DNA of 64,000 bases from Octopus vulgaris. Its lineage: Eukaryota. The notes under the pieces are model-generated. The model did not search any database and was not told where the DNA came from. It worked only from the letters and a program-made list of their open reading frames with translations. The stretch's first letter is position 1, and the number at the start of each line of letters is the position of its first letter. The position numbers were made by a program, and so were the translations under genes. The stretch spans positions 131,812,001 through 131,876,000 of the forward strand of contig OX597815.1 in assembly GCA_951406725.2 (NCBI GenBank). Reading direction: 5' to 3'. This document shows, piece by piece, positions 25,346-39,329 of this stretch.

Positions 25346-25954
25346 CGCCTATCATTTCTCCACGTGCGGTCAACACAACCCCACCATTTATTGATTTATA
25401 AATATATATATATGTATCGTGGCACTAGTTTGTAATCCGAACGAGATTTGGTCGCAATTTTCTAGCAAGTCAAGCTGCCACTGAGAAAGAAGATTTTTTG
25501 AGAATTATGTTATTCTCCAGAAGTATCAGGCAAGGCCTGTGTATTGTATGTAAAGCACACTATATAGTAATGTACAGATTTCGAAACTCAATGGAAAGTT
25601 ATGACTTATAATTACGGTCACTGTTGCGATTGATGTAGGAATAGGCAGCAAAATTGTGATCAACTGCAACCGTACGAAATATTTTCATAAATAATATCAA
25701 GTCACCCATGCGGTTAAAATTTTATTGGGGCGAAAATAATATAAATAGTATAAAATATAAACAAGTTTTCACTAACATGGTTTCGAAAATAGCAAATTTT
25801 GCGTAAAAGATTTCTGAGAAAAATAAGATTTTATTCCTAACACCTGAGATATCTGTCAGCTTCCTGAAGAGATGCCATACCCGCTAAATACTGCCATAAG
25901 GGATACAAATGTATATGCATAGAAAAGAACACAATTACTCACCTCAGTCTCTCG

Positions 25955-25992
<38 letters not shown>

Positions 25993-26292
25993 GTACTTAT
26001 ATCCTGTTTATTATCTTCAACGGCATTACATCTACATATTGTCTTCTGTGTTTCTCATTTCTATTTCATTTCACTTCCTTTCAAGTTTTCTCTTCATCAT
26101 ATATCTTTCTTTCTCCTTGTCGGCTCCCTTTCACCTCAGGAGAAAATGTTATACATATAAGACAAACTACTACCTTAAAAGGTTTTGTTTGATTGGAAGT
26201 GACAGTAGCACAATTAAAACTAAAGACCTTATTGAATATAAATATATACTACTTTCATGTGCGATATCAAATGATAATATAGAAAGTTATAA

Positions 26293-26500
26293 AGGCGGTG
26301 AGCTGGCAGAAACGTTAGCACGCCGGGCGAAATGCTTATCAGTATTTCGTATGTCTTGAGTTCAAATTCCGCCGAGGTCGACGTTGTCTTTCATCTTTTC
26401 AGGGTCAATAAATTAAGTACCAGTTGCGTACTGGAGTCGATCTAATCGATAGGCCCTCTGACGTAAAAGTTCCTGCCTTGTGGCTAGAGTAGAAAAGAAT
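26293..26500 (+). mobile_element. Meta-domain tRNA SINE
   Basis: Head and central domain match 4646-4875. Confidence 0.85.
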
Positions 26501-26958
26501 ATACAAGGTTATGTAAGTGTCTCGTTGTTTTCACTTGCACGCACAAACATGAACATATATACATATACGTATAAATGCATACATACACACCCACACATAT
26601 AAAATTTACATTTATATGGATATATCATTATTATTAGTATTGATTGCGCCGAGGTTGACTGCATTTCTGGGTTGATCAAGTAAGTACCAGTTGAGGACTG
26701 GGGTAGATGTAATCGACCTAACCCCACCCCAAAGGTCGTTGGCCTTTTGCCAAAATTTGAAAACCAGCTCCTTGTACTAAATTATTCAAGATCACTTCTA
26801 GTTATGATAAACTGTCAGATAGCAATTGGTTTCTGGTATGGTATTCCGAGGAAATTTTTTTCTATTATATCATGTTAAAACTTTCACTCATAATTTTATA
26901 CATACATCCCTCATGTATGCACACACACACACACACAAACACACAGATATATCACATC

Positions 26959-27129
<171 letters not shown>

Positions 27130-28069
27130 ATATGTTTACATAGTACATATCTGTATCTGTGTGTCTATGTGTGGGCATGATAACACAAATACAGTTATTT
27201 CATTGTATTTATGGATATAAACATCATATCTTTGGAGCTGCTCACTAAAGTCACTACAATAAGGAATTATTACAATAGTTAATGCCATCAGAATACTCTC
27301 AGATGGTGGTGAAGTGTGATATTAATTGAACCGACAGATGAGATATCAACACATAAATAAACTATTCAAATATCCACGGAAAACATTGCTAACGTGATAT
27401 TTACGCACGAAACATCTGGTGAGAATATATAAAAGAAAAGGACAAGTTTTATGATAAAACAACAAAATTTAATATCTAGTTTTATTTTTGTAGTATCTCA
27501 CTTTCAAACAATAAATAAATTATATGTATATTATACAAATAACAGATTATACATATAAGTTTGTGACAGCAGCTTCTGAACGGGGATATGCCAGAAGGTT
27601 CAATGCAAATGGTTATTAAAATAATTTTATTCAATAAAGGTAGTAATAAAGATAAAGATGGCTGAGGATATGTAATTATTATTTGACTCATTCACGAGGG
27701 AAGTAATAAATGCATAGAATATGAATGAATTGGAACTGGCTTAAACATGAATATATTCATAAACATGCACACGCGTATACATGTTATAATTAAGGGATAA
27801 CGCCAGAAATTTACTGGTGGAGGAGGTTGGTAGATTACATGGTCTACAGCACTGAACTGATATTTAGTCTATCTGCCCTAAGAGATGAAAGGCAAAGTTG
27901 ATGCTTTTGGGAATTGAACTCTGCATTATAGAGCCTGTATAAAGGTACTGAGGCAATTTCCGAAACTATATTCTCTAAACCAGCACCAATATAATGGTAC
28001 ACACACATAAACACGCACACATACACATGTTTATGGAGAGATAGATATATAGATAGATAGATACACACA

Positions 28070-28264
28070 CACACATATATACATACATGCATACATGCAT
28101 ACATACATGCATGCATGCATGCATGCATGCATACATACATACATACATACATGCATGCATGCATGCATACATACATACATACATACGTACATACATACAT
28201 GCATGCATGCATGCATACATACATACATACATACGTACATACATACAAACAAACAAACAAACAA
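28070..28264. repeat. Compound (CATA)/(CATG)/(CAAA)n tract
   Basis: Direct reading. Confidence 0.9.
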
Positions 28265-28855
28265 ATAGGGTGTTTGAAAAAATGTCATATTTCGCAATCT
28301 GATAACTTTGACAGTTCTTGTTCAAATGACTTCAAATTTTAACAGCATGTGTAGAAATAGGTCAACAGGTTATGTTTAATGCTTGATATGTTTATATTTT
28401 CAGGTATAGAAATGGCATTCACTGGAAGAGAAAATACGTTTTGTGTGTTGGAGTATGCTCGAACACCCTCGAACAAGACTGTGCAGCGTGCATTTGTGAG
28501 AGAGTACTCTAAAATGGCATCAACGGCAATGCAGATTTGAACATGGTACAAGAATTTCAAAGAGGAATGCTATCTGTGCATGGCAAAAAGATCTGCACGA
28601 CCACTAACATCGGAAGAGACGGTCGAGCGGGTTCAAAACTCTTGTGAATCCCCAAGATGTTCATAAGAAGAACAAGTCTGAAAAACAAGATTCCTCCAAC
28701 GACAGTTTGGAGCGTCCTGTTAAGACGCTTGCTAATGAAACCCTACAAGCTGCAGCTCGTTCAGGCCATAACGACAGATGACAAGCGAAAGCACAAACAA
28801 TTCTATGTTGATATGCAAGAGAAACTTGAAGAAGACGTTCCTTTGAACGGCAGTT
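28265..28855 (+). mobile_element. Tc1/mariner (DD41D/rosa-like) transposase 5' fragment
   Basis: From ATG 28412: MAFTGRENTFCVLEYARTPSNKTVQRAFVREY...WYKNFKE...RPLTSEETVERVQ / IRRTSL..IPPTTVWSVL...MKPYKLQLVQAI (DUF4817-like HTH plus PYKLQL motif); contains a stop and frameshift. Confidence 0.8.
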
Positions 28856-29369
28856 TGTAACATAATTTCTAGGTAACTAAGAAAATTTTTAACTTCGTAT
28901 ACTGGTAGAATGTGTTTACAAAACATCATTTTCTCTTGGCTTTATTGAGAAAATTCTATAGGTTGTAACATATTTCGTCTAAAATTTCTTACATTTCAGC
29001 AATTTTAACCAATCGCTGACCTCCATTTAGGTAAACAACATTCTGTGCCACATGAATATGTCCCTCCTTTAAGAAACAGATTGGGTTTATTTATTTATAT
29101 AGGTAAACAACATTCTGCCGTTCAAAAGGAAAAGATCGAAATTATCAAAGCCGTTGTAGGCTTTATTGTTGCACCCCGCCCCCAGTGGGAGTGGGATTTG
29201 AACTGTTGTATTCATGTAGAGGAAAAAAAGACATAATAGGTTTCCCTTTTGGCGATTTTTAATTTATTTATTTTTGTGTGTAGAATTAATTTCGGCCGAG
29301 TATGTTGGTCGAAATAATTCACGAAATAACTCCACTGGATGAGCCTTCATGGCAAAGTTTATTAAAGAA

Positions 29370-29740
29370 AGTAGCTTGCTTACCAACCACATGGTTCCGG
29401 GTTCAGTCCCACTGCGTGGAACCTTGGGTAAGTGTCTTCTGCTATATTCTCTGACCGACTAAAGCCTTGTGGGTGGATTTGGTAGACTGAAACTGAAAGA
29501 AGCTTGTCGTATATACATGTGTGTGTGTGTGTGTGTGTATCTTTTTGCGTGTGTGTTTGTCCCCAGCCGGTGCTGGTGTGTTTACGTCCCCGTAACCTAA
29601 GGGTTTGGCAAAACAAAAGAACGATATAATATGTACTAGGCCTACAAAGAATAAGTCCTGGGATTGATTGTCTTGACTAAAGGTGGTGCTCTAGCATGGC
29701 TGCAGTCAAATGACTGAAACAAGTAAAGGAGTAAAAGAAC
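29370..29740 (+). mobile_element. CORE-type tRNA SINE (octopus OR2-like)
   Basis: GGTTCAGTCCC B-box-like, ACCTTGGGTAAGTGTCTT CORE-like segment, internal (TG)n, conserved tail. Confidence 0.8.
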
Positions 29741-31016
29741 ATATATATACGCCCGAGCTCTGTGTAAAATATGAATACACTATTCACCACCCAACTTTTC
29801 TGCCTAGGATAGGTCCATAACACGTATTGATATCGAACCTTGAACCACACGGCTGGAAAGTCAGTATTGTTTTAAAATCCTGCAACAGTTAAACTTTAAT
29901 CATATTATTAACCCCTTTCAGAAATATATTATGGAAATAACTCAACGTTTCCTCCGGTAAATCTGCCATCATTTATAAAATAACAGATAAAATATAAACG
30001 AAATAAAACATTCAGATGTTTTAGATTCCTGAAAATGAAACTTTCTTAAATAAATATTCCCCAAAAGCATATTTATTTGATTATTTTTTTACTGCAAATT
30101 TTAACTTTTAGAAACATGTAAATAAAATTACACAGACTTAAGCACTTTGCAAATATTGGCATTAATCATTTGTTAAGCAGAATGTGAAAACAAAATAAAA
30201 ACAGGCGAGATAAACAATGAAAATAAAACTACAGGAATATTGTAAATATGAAATTTGCATTGTTTAATTCTTTGACTGATGATTATATTTATACTGCATG
30301 TACACATGTACATAGATTTATTCTGTATGCACATATTTACATTCAGATGTCACACGCGGGCGAGTATGTCTTAGCTATATGAAACAAGTACCAGCCTTAG
30401 GTAACTGCTTTAAGAGCCTATGTACTCGTAAGCCGGCATAGGTACTCGTTTAGTTTTCTCACACTTGACCCAGTGGAACATCCAGGAAGTAACAGCTTGA
30501 TGGGAAGAAAGCTGAACCCGCAGCTAACTGGTGCTCAATAATGTTGAGTAGACTGGAGCAGCCTGAAATGATGAGCATTTCTAAAGAACATAATGCGTCA
30601 GTCTGTGCAGAATTTGAACCCACGACTTTATGAGCGTGAGCCGAGAAAACTTACCACTAGGACACGCATTTTCACTCCTATGGATCTTGTTGTTAGGTCA
30701 GACGTTAATGTTTTGTTTTCTTTTACTAAAGTTAGAAGCACATCTATCATGTTCTATACCAGCGTCGAAGTAAGTCAGGAAAACTATGAAGTTATTAATT
30801 TCAGCTTACAAAAGGGCTTTTGGAATATTCATGCAGCTTTCTATCTTCATTCCAATGGCCTTAAATAGGTGGAATTCTAACACAGTATGGTGGATTGGCA
30901 GAACAGTAAAAATGTCCAACCAGATGGTTATATTATTCCTCCCCTCTTCTTGAGGTTTGAGTTCAAATTCCGCTGTGGCCTACTAATGTCGTACAATTAA
31001 TATGACGCCTTCTTAG

Positions 31017-31410
31017 GGCGGCGAGCTGGCAGAAACGTTATCACGCCGGGTGAAATGCTTAGCAGTATTTTGTCTGCCGTTACGTTCTGAGTTCAAATTC
31101 CGCTAAGGTCGACTTTGCCTTTCATCCTTTCGGGGTCGATTAAATAATTACCAGTTACGCACTGGGATCGATATAATCGACTTAATCCGTTTGTCCTTGT
31201 TTGTCCTCTCTGTGTTTAGCCCCTTGTGGGTTGTAAAGAAATAGGTATTTTGTCTGCCGCTACGTTCTGAGTTCAAATTCCACCGAGGTCGAGTTTGCCT
31301 TTCATATTTTGGGGGTCAATGAAATAAGTACCAGTGACGCACTGGAGTCGATGCAATTGATTTAGTCCCTTTGTCTGTCCTTGTTTTCCCCTCTATGTTT
31401 AGTCCTCTCT
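31017..31410 (+). mobile_element. Meta-domain SINE with tandem second body (partial dimer)
   Basis: Full copy to ~31245 followed immediately by gtattttgtctgccgctacgttctgagttcaaattcc and a second body. Confidence 0.85.
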
Positions 31411-32379
31411 ATGTCGTCTTGCTCAACATCTCCACCTAGCAACTGCGGTGCCTTTAGCGATGTTCACTCTCTTTTGAAAAATCAGATAATGCTTCCAGTT
31501 TGAGACATCTTCTTCATTAGTAAGGTCACATGTATTATCTTTTCACATGGATCAAAGAATAAGGAATAAATATACACTGTATCTAACGTAATGTGGTTCT
31601 GAGAGACCGTGTTTGTAGTGAGCGATAACAATTTGTTGAAAAAGAAAGGAGTTTACGTTTGTTACCTAAATCTCTCAAATCTACCAATTATCTCTCTTCA
31701 CCAATATTTCATAAAATAACATATGTTTTAACGTTTAGTTTGTATTTCATTTCTATTACTTATTACATTTAGGAGGCGAATTGGTGACATTGTTAGAGCG
31801 CTAGACAAAACACTTTACGATATTTGGTTGCACTACTATACGTTTTGTGTTCAAATCCCACCGACTTCATATCTCCTCTTCTTCGAGTCGATAAAATAAT
31901 TACCTGCCACGCTCGAGAAACAAGCATATAATCGGCAATACGCCACGCACCCAATTTGTGACCATGTGCTTAGGTAAGAAATAATCAAGGGACAATGGAT
32001 CATTAAAGTGTCGGACAAAATTCCACATAGTATTTCTAGAGATATGCTGTATTCTGTGGCCGAACCGACATTGCCTTTGATCCATTCAGGTTCGGTAGAA
32101 TAAAGCACATAGTACTGGGCTCAATTTTGTTCATTAATCCCTACTTCAAAATTCCAGGTGTATTATTTATATCAGCATATTTTAAAGGTCTGCTGCATCA
32201 TTGCCAAACTAGGTAGAGGGGATTTTATACACCAGATTAAATCTTTAATTAGAAACCTGTTTTAACTGAACGTAGTAGGTTATGTATATATCGCTAAAGT
32301 GGTATATAGATAAAATCCAGATAGTTGCAGGCTATGTAAACAAGTGATACCTTTTCTGGTCTAGGAAATGTATATATCA

Positions 32380-34440
32380 CCTCTCTTTGCTTTTCATAGT
32401 GCTGGCACAACTTCCACTGTATGCATATCCCGACTCAGTCATATCTGTGGATATAGATTTTTCGTGGCCAAAACTAAGCTGGCAGAGTCAACATAATTTA
32501 TTTTTTCTGCATCATCAAATGTTTTACAGTTACGTTCTCTGCATTACTTTGAGTCAGAGAAGCTTTTATCGTGTAACAATAGAAAACCCTTTATCTCTGC
32601 TCTGAATACCGCGCTTCTCAGTCAGAACGTTTTTCTTCTTTGTCTCTATCTATTCTCCTCAGCTTATTCCAGTATTTGCCAGGGCCTAGCTTTCTATATT
32701 TATCGTGGCTTCTGTAGTTTCAGTTTTAGTTTAGATTTTTAGTGGTTTCAGAGTTTTTGTTGTTTCATTCTTTTCTTCAAAGCTATCAAATACTCTGTCC
32801 TTTGCTGTGTATTTTTTATTTGGCTTCTATGACCATAGTAAACAGTTTAGTTTTGTTAATCTTTTGCAGCTATTTACGACTGTTTTACTCAATTCTTAAT
32901 TAGTTACATTTGCAGTCCTGTGTATGTTATTTTATAGTAAATCATTTTTTGTATAATGCCTCTACCACATTCGACTATCGCGGCTGTTACGTTCCATAAT
33001 CCCGCGCGATAGGTGAAAATCCGCGACGTAGAAACAGTACTGTATTGTTTTTATAATTAGTTTTATAATTTCTATATATTTTATTATAAATACAAAACAA
33101 CAACACAGAGGAATTGACGTAAATTTAAATAATAAACTACGATGGCTGAACCGCGATATCAGATTCTGTATGGTGTATTCTAAAGGCACTACTTATTTTC
33201 CCTGTTTCTGCCTTCAGAGTCGAGTTACTGAAATAACTGGGGCAGCTAGATTGTTGACACCTATTACCTTATTCCTTGCTTTTAGCTGTTTTAAGTATTA
33301 ATCTGATTCGCCAATAATATTGTTTCCTTATCTTTTCGTTCATTTATGCGCGTTGTACCCTACTTATTTCATTGATTCATAGGTAATTGTGTATCAGAGT
33401 TTGCACTGCTATTGTAATTTCATCTTCATTAGCTTTCCACTCTTCAAGGACGCTTTAGAACATTTTCAACACCGAATCACGTATTGATTTTTTTGTTTGG
33501 TAAATCCGAGTACTGTCTGTAGTAGTTTTCCAATTGTCATCATTAGCAGCATACAAATTGAGATCATCAATATTACAAGAGAAGGTTGATTGCTTTTCCT
33601 TGCTTTACCATAGCAGCTGTATGCATATCATTTTTTTTTATTTTTTTGGCGTGTTGGTTAACAGTATCAATACCAGACAGAATTGAGTGAACGGGCGTCT
33701 TCTTAATATAATGGTTTCAAATTTTGGTACAAGTCCAGAAATTTTGGAGGATGGGGCAAGTCGATTTCGTCAATCCCAGTGCTCGACTGGTACCTATTTT
33801 ATCGACCCCAAGGGTTGAAAGCAAAGTCGACCTCTGGTCTCTTTAGAATAATACTTGGGTTCGGTTTATTGTTCCTTCGTTTGTTAGCAAGCGCAGTAGT
33901 GTTTGTCATTTACTCATCACATGTTTTATATATTCTACCATTGCTGGGGAAAATTTACTCATACTTAGAATTTTCAGCAACGTTAATGATGCTGTCAAAA
34001 GATTTCAGATAGTTCAATCCCTTCTTGTTCCTCCAACGACCTTCATTTGTAGTTTGCTGATCAATAACTTATCTTTATGCGTCTTTGTAGCATTCATTCG
34101 CTTCTGATTTCCTCCCAGATGTTTTCTCACTTATTTCAATATTATTTCAGTTAATGATTTTTACGTTGTAGGGTGATGGGTTATGTGTCAAGTTTTGTGA
34201 TTTCTGTAGATTTGGGTATTTAGATGGCTTTCCCTTCCGTGAGCCATTCAGGTGTTTTCTGTGGTTCGAGGAACATCGCGTTGATCTTCTTCCCCGTATA
34301 TTCCTGTTAATTACTATAATCAAACGATGGGTACTTTATCGCATCCTTCCACTTTGATTTTTGGGTTAATTCTTTTGCTACTATAGGTGTTCAAGTTTGT
34401 TCAGGTGATGTGTTGGTTCTTTAGTTCAATCTCTTCAGGG
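32380..34440 (-). mobile_element. Highly degenerate R4/Dong-clade LINE
   Basis: Minus-strand patches TPEWLTEGKAI*IPKS, GKYWNKL..LRSAVFRAEIKGF and LATKIYIHRYD*VGICIQWKLCQHY are collinear with the element at 49.5-53.4 kb. Confidence 0.6.
32960..33190. mobile_element. Possible pogo/Tigger-like MITE remnant
   Basis: tcgactatcgcgg ... ccgcgatatc decayed terminal inverted motif; CpG-rich insert within the LINE relic. Confidence 0.4.
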
Positions 34441-34909
34441 GTTATAGCCTCATAAAATAAATTTTGAAAAAGAGAATAAAAGAATGGGTCAGTTGAACCT
34501 TAAGGAGATCTGTTACAGAACGACACTAGTAAACAATTGAAAAGAGACACAATTGTACAAAACTATATATTAATAAAACTAGGTTCAACTGAAAGAAAAG
34601 AAGCCTAAAACAAGTTATCCTTGTTAAACTGATAAATAAGCTGTCTGTTTGTTGCAGATAAGAACCTTACATCGGTGATGCTGTTAAGACGATTAATGAT
34701 TGTATATTTTCAGAATTTCTAATACATCGTTTATGTTTGACACATAGAAATAAGTTCTAATGAGTATTATTCATTTATATTATAAAATACACGTGATAGT
34801 TTTTTGTCGGAATTTTTTCCCCTAAATTAGTTGTATATTTCTCGGTACAATATTTTAGCGTGCTCGCATTTTTAAATGTTCCCCCGTGTATTATTTTTAG
34901 TAAGATCAG

Positions 34910-35110
34910 AGTGGCGAGCTAGCAAAATCGTTACCATGATGGGCGAAATGCTTAGCTGCATTTCGTCCTTATTCACTTTCTGAGTACAAATTCCGCCAAG
35001 TTCGACTTTGCCTTTCATCTTTTCGGAGTCAATTAAATAAGTACCAGTTAAGAACTGGGGTCGATGCAATCGGCTTACCTCTCCCCGAAATTGCTCGCCT
35101 TGTGCCGAAA
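34910..35110 (+). mobile_element. Meta-domain tRNA SINE
   Basis: Diverged head and central domain, followed by (ATT)n. Confidence 0.8.
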
Positions 35111-35113
35111 TTA

Positions 35114-35167
<54 letters not shown>

Positions 35168-35169
<2 letters not shown>

Positions 35170-35715
35170 GAGTGAGACAGCAGCGCATGTCAGACTGACG
35201 GTGCAGTACAATTACACGAAACCCAATATACCTACCGTGACTACCCGTCTGATAAGGGCACACCAGGAACATGTATCATAAGCACATGTCCGCGACATGG
35301 TAATCTCATATAAAGATAAACAGCACATGACCTTGGAGCCTAGTTAGAATTTTCTTCAGGTCGAGTAGCTCATCTTATTCAATAGGTTCCTGAATAAGGG
35401 TTGTTTAAGGATGATGAAAGAAACACCCATGTTTCCAGAAGTGAATTCTCCATACCCCAAAGAATTCCTCTCTACACATGGCTATGGTGTTTCCCAACTA
35501 CTTGTGCCCGTGATCAGAGATGTACATATTGTCAGCCACTAAGGAACATACTCAATTCGTTAATGTTAGACAACTGACAAGCAAACCTATGCTATTGAGG
35601 AAAATATTTGCTGTAGCCCATCTTTTATATCAAGACAAATTATATACATGATAACACATTGAATTAGCTAAAACCAGATGCTACGAGACCCAGTGCCTCA
35701 TATTGCTTCAGGGCA
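35168..35715 (-). mobile_element. Second copy of the (AAT)n-associated non-coding repeat
   Basis: Reverse complement of 18541-19070; ends in an (AAT)n tail. Confidence 0.75.
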
Positions 35716-35741
35716 TTTATTATTATTCTGATTATTCAGAA

Positions 35742-36085
35742 GTTTTATTCTTATCACGTGCTTTCACTTCACTACCGAGTGCAGCTCGGTGTGACTTGGG
35801 TATGTGCTGCGGTTTGTTGTGATGCTCTTATAGTTACTGTATTGAAAGTGTTTTGCGTAGGATGTGTGCAGTGCCTAGCAGTGCTATTTTCTGTGTGTTG
35901 TATATACTTGTAAGTCCTGGTGATTTTACTATCTATTTGTCTGAATATTTTTTTATCATACCTAATGCGCCCACTATGATAGAAATAGTTTCTGTTTTTA
36001 GAGTCCACATTCGAGTTACCTCGATTTCCAGATCTTTGTATTTTAAAAGTTTCTCCTTTTCTTTTAGAGAAACATTGTCATCTGC
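35742..36085 (-). mobile_element. 5'-truncated R4/Dong LINE 3' end
   Basis: ADDNVSLKEKEKLLKYKDLEIEVTRMWTLKTETISIIVGALGMIKK...QKIALLGTAHILRKTLS* plus 3' UTR, among AAT tracts. Confidence 0.85.
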
Positions 36086-36119
36086 TTTCTCCGTTTCTTT
36101 TAGAGATAACATTGTTATG

Positions 36120-36223
<104 letters not shown>

Positions 36224-36365
36224 GGTTTGGCTCAGGTTCGGTCTTATTCCTGGTAGAATTTATGTGGGCAGCAGGTTAATATTTGTAACCTTAAGTATCC
36301 ACAAGTTTTCAATAGAATCCTCCTGATGATCCATGCTGTCCCTAAAAAACAAACTTCCTTATTAA

Positions 36366-36533
36366 GGCAATGAGCTGGCGCAATCGTTAGCACGCTTGCC
36401 GAAATGCCTAACAGTATTTCGCCCGTCGCTCTGATCAGAGTTCAAATTCCGCCCATGTCGAATTTAACACTGGAGTCGATGTAATCAACACATCTCCTAC
36501 CCCAAAATTGCTGCCCATGAGGCAAAATTTGAA

Positions 36534-36580
<47 letters not shown>

Positions 36581-36799
36581 GCTAAGGCAGCAAGCTGGCA
36601 GAAATTTTAGCATGTCAGGTGAAATGCTTAGCGGTATTTCGTCCGTCTTCACGTTCTGAGTTCAAATTCCACCGAGGTCGGCTTTGCCTTTTACCATTCA
36701 GGGTCGATAAGTTAAGTACCAGGGAAATTCTGGGGTGGATGTAATCGACTAGTCTCCTCCCCAAAACTTCAAGTCTTGTGCCTGTGATAGAAAAGCTTA

Positions 36800-36833
<34 letters not shown>

Positions 36834-37045
36834 GTTAAGGCGGTGAGCTGGCAGAATCGTTACCACGCCCGGCGAAATCTTTAGCTGTATTTCGTCCGTC
36901 TTCACGTTCTGAGTTCAAATTGAGCCAAGGTCGACTTTACTTTTCATCCTTTCGGGATCGATAAATTAAGTACCAGTTGAGTACTGGGATATAATCGGCT
37001 ATACTCCGCCCCCAAATTTCAGGCCTTGTGCCTTTAGTAGAAAGC
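36366..37045 (+). mobile_element. Cluster of three co-oriented Meta-domain SINEs separated by (ATT)n
   Basis: Heads at ~36366, ~36586 and ~36839. Confidence 0.85.
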
Positions 37046-37781
37046 ATTACTATCATTATCATTTATCAGTCTTCAAGTAACCACTTATTGTTACCACTAC
37101 GTGATGTTATTATTTCGAAGATATAAGAATGTTTGGAGTCATTTACAATGCGTAGAGACAACTAAATATAACGATTCTTCTGAAAAGACAGGTGAAATAG
37201 TATTCCTAAAGTTATATTTCAATATTTTATAGCGCAGAATGACATTCCTGTCAGCATTAGAATTTTCGTCTGGTTTCCAAAGACATAAACAATTTTCTTG
37301 TGCAAAATATTTGCTATTTGTAAGTCAGTAATTCATGGAGTGATCGTATTAATATTAATCATTTGAGGCGAGTTCAAATGGAATGAGAAGTAAAGTTGAT
37401 TTCGGCATTAGAAAGATCGAAAGAAGGTAACGAAATAAATAGATTCAATGGAATAGATCGTAGCCCTACTCGTAGTCATTAATAAATTAATTCTATTTCA
37501 GGGCTGTTTCAGAAATCTATCTATAACAAGAAATTAAGATTTTTATTGGTGATAAGTTCTCTCTCTTGCATCCATCATCACTCTCTTAACTTCCCTTCCA
37601 CTCTCGACATCTTTCTTTGAACATCTCAATATCACTCTAACCATGTAGAGAAATATTGTTTAAACATAGAACCCAGATAAATATTCGTGTTCAAAATCTC
37701 TCACACACCCTAACACACACGCAAACGTATACTAAAGGCTTACATTACAGACAGACACACACACAAGCACACACACATGCG

Positions 37782-37812
<31 letters not shown>

Positions 37813-37919
37813 AAATATACATATACCTTGTACGTTCAATTCCCACAATTGTTGATTTTGGTCTGCCCTAATCGATAAGTACCAGCGATGTATTAAACTG
37901 TATTCAATCCACTACAACT

Positions 37920-38210
37920 GTTTGCCACGAAATGTGTGACACCTTAAGCATGTGTCTTCTACTATAGCCTCGGGACAACCAAAGCCATGTGAATAGATTT
38001 CGTAGACGGAAACTAAAAGAAGCCTCTCGTATATATATATATATATTTCTATGTTTGTGTGTCTCTATTTATCCCTTCACCATCACTTGACAACCGGTGT
38101 TTACGTTCGGCAACAGAGACCGGTAGAATAAGTACTCTCTTACAAAGAATAAGTCCTGGGAGTCGATTTCTTCGACTAAAGCCGGTACTCCAGCATGGTT
38201 TCAGTCAAAA
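37920..38210 (+). mobile_element. CORE-type SINE, diverged
   Basis: tgtcttctactatagcctcggg..aaagcc.tgtga..gtagacggaaact, plus tail. Confidence 0.75.
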
Positions 38211-38616
38211 CTAAATATATATATGTGTGTGTGTGTGCGTGTATATATAAAATTCCAAGAGAGTTAGAGGTTGTGAGTTCAACCAACTAAGGGATAATAT
38301 CTATCCAATATACTGCTGGTAGAATACCCAATTATTAATACACAAGTGTTTTTCCATTGCATGGCAATTACACTACTGAATGTAATAAATGGGTGACGGT
38401 AAAAAGTTGTTTTACCCTTAATTTATACAGCAATAAGAAAATGGAGAGGATCAGGAGGTGGTATTCATCAACTTTTAGACATTATATTATGTCTATTTAT
38501 TTTAAAAAAACAATCATAACAATATACATATATGTGTAACATATTATATATAAAATATTAAAATATCAGTAATTATTTTAAAATATATAACGTGGAACGC
38601 GGACAGTAGAATAGTT

Positions 38617-38737
38617 TCTTACAGCTGTTTCAGCCAAGAGGTAATGTAGCCCACTATACGTCCATCCCTTCAAGGAACTGAAGTATTTGGTAGATAAGAT
38701 TAAGGTACTTGGGTGTGTCTCTAATCTTCGTCAGAGA
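38617..38737 (-). ncRNA. Type I hammerhead ribozyme with ~96-nt expanded stem II domain
   Basis: Reverse complement: TCT-CTGACGA-AGATTAGAG...CTCTTGGCT-GAAA-CAGCTG-TA-AGA. Intact core, palindromic ACAGCTGT stem III, GUA triplet; stem I only 3 bp. Confidence 0.65.
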
Positions 38738-39064
38738 GTTTAGGAAGTTCATAAGGTTAAGTTATAAATATAAGTACATACATATATACACATTTTTACA
38801 TATCCATACATATACATAAATATACATAAATACATATCTATACATTTATATGTATATGTATATGCATACAAAGGAATCAACTATTATTATTATTAGGTGC
38901 ATTATATTATTCTTTTAAATAAGATATAAACAGAGGAAAGAGAAAATTATGATTAGAGAAAAATAGTGGAATTTAAATAATCAATCTATATTAAGATGAT
39001 TGTAGTTAAGTAGGAATGAAAAGGTATTTAAATGAGGAATACACACACAAACACACACACACAC

Positions 39065-39142
<78 letters not shown>

Positions 39143-39329
39143 GTACAAACATACCCATAGGTAGATACATATTTCATACGTTGAGAAAGGAGGATTACTG
39201 CATCACATGACCTTACGACTGTAGTTTTTCCTTCGAATTCATTTGTACAATCTCGTTCATTCATTGATATTGACATTGCTCATACAATGGAGCGTATTTT
39301 CTTCATTTCTTTCTCGTCTTTGCTTATTC

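Noticed and set aside
36366-37045. Repeat-spacer-like periodicity reminiscent of CRISPR
   Set aside because: SINE copies separated by ATT microsatellites in eukaryotic DNA; no constant short repeats or cas genes
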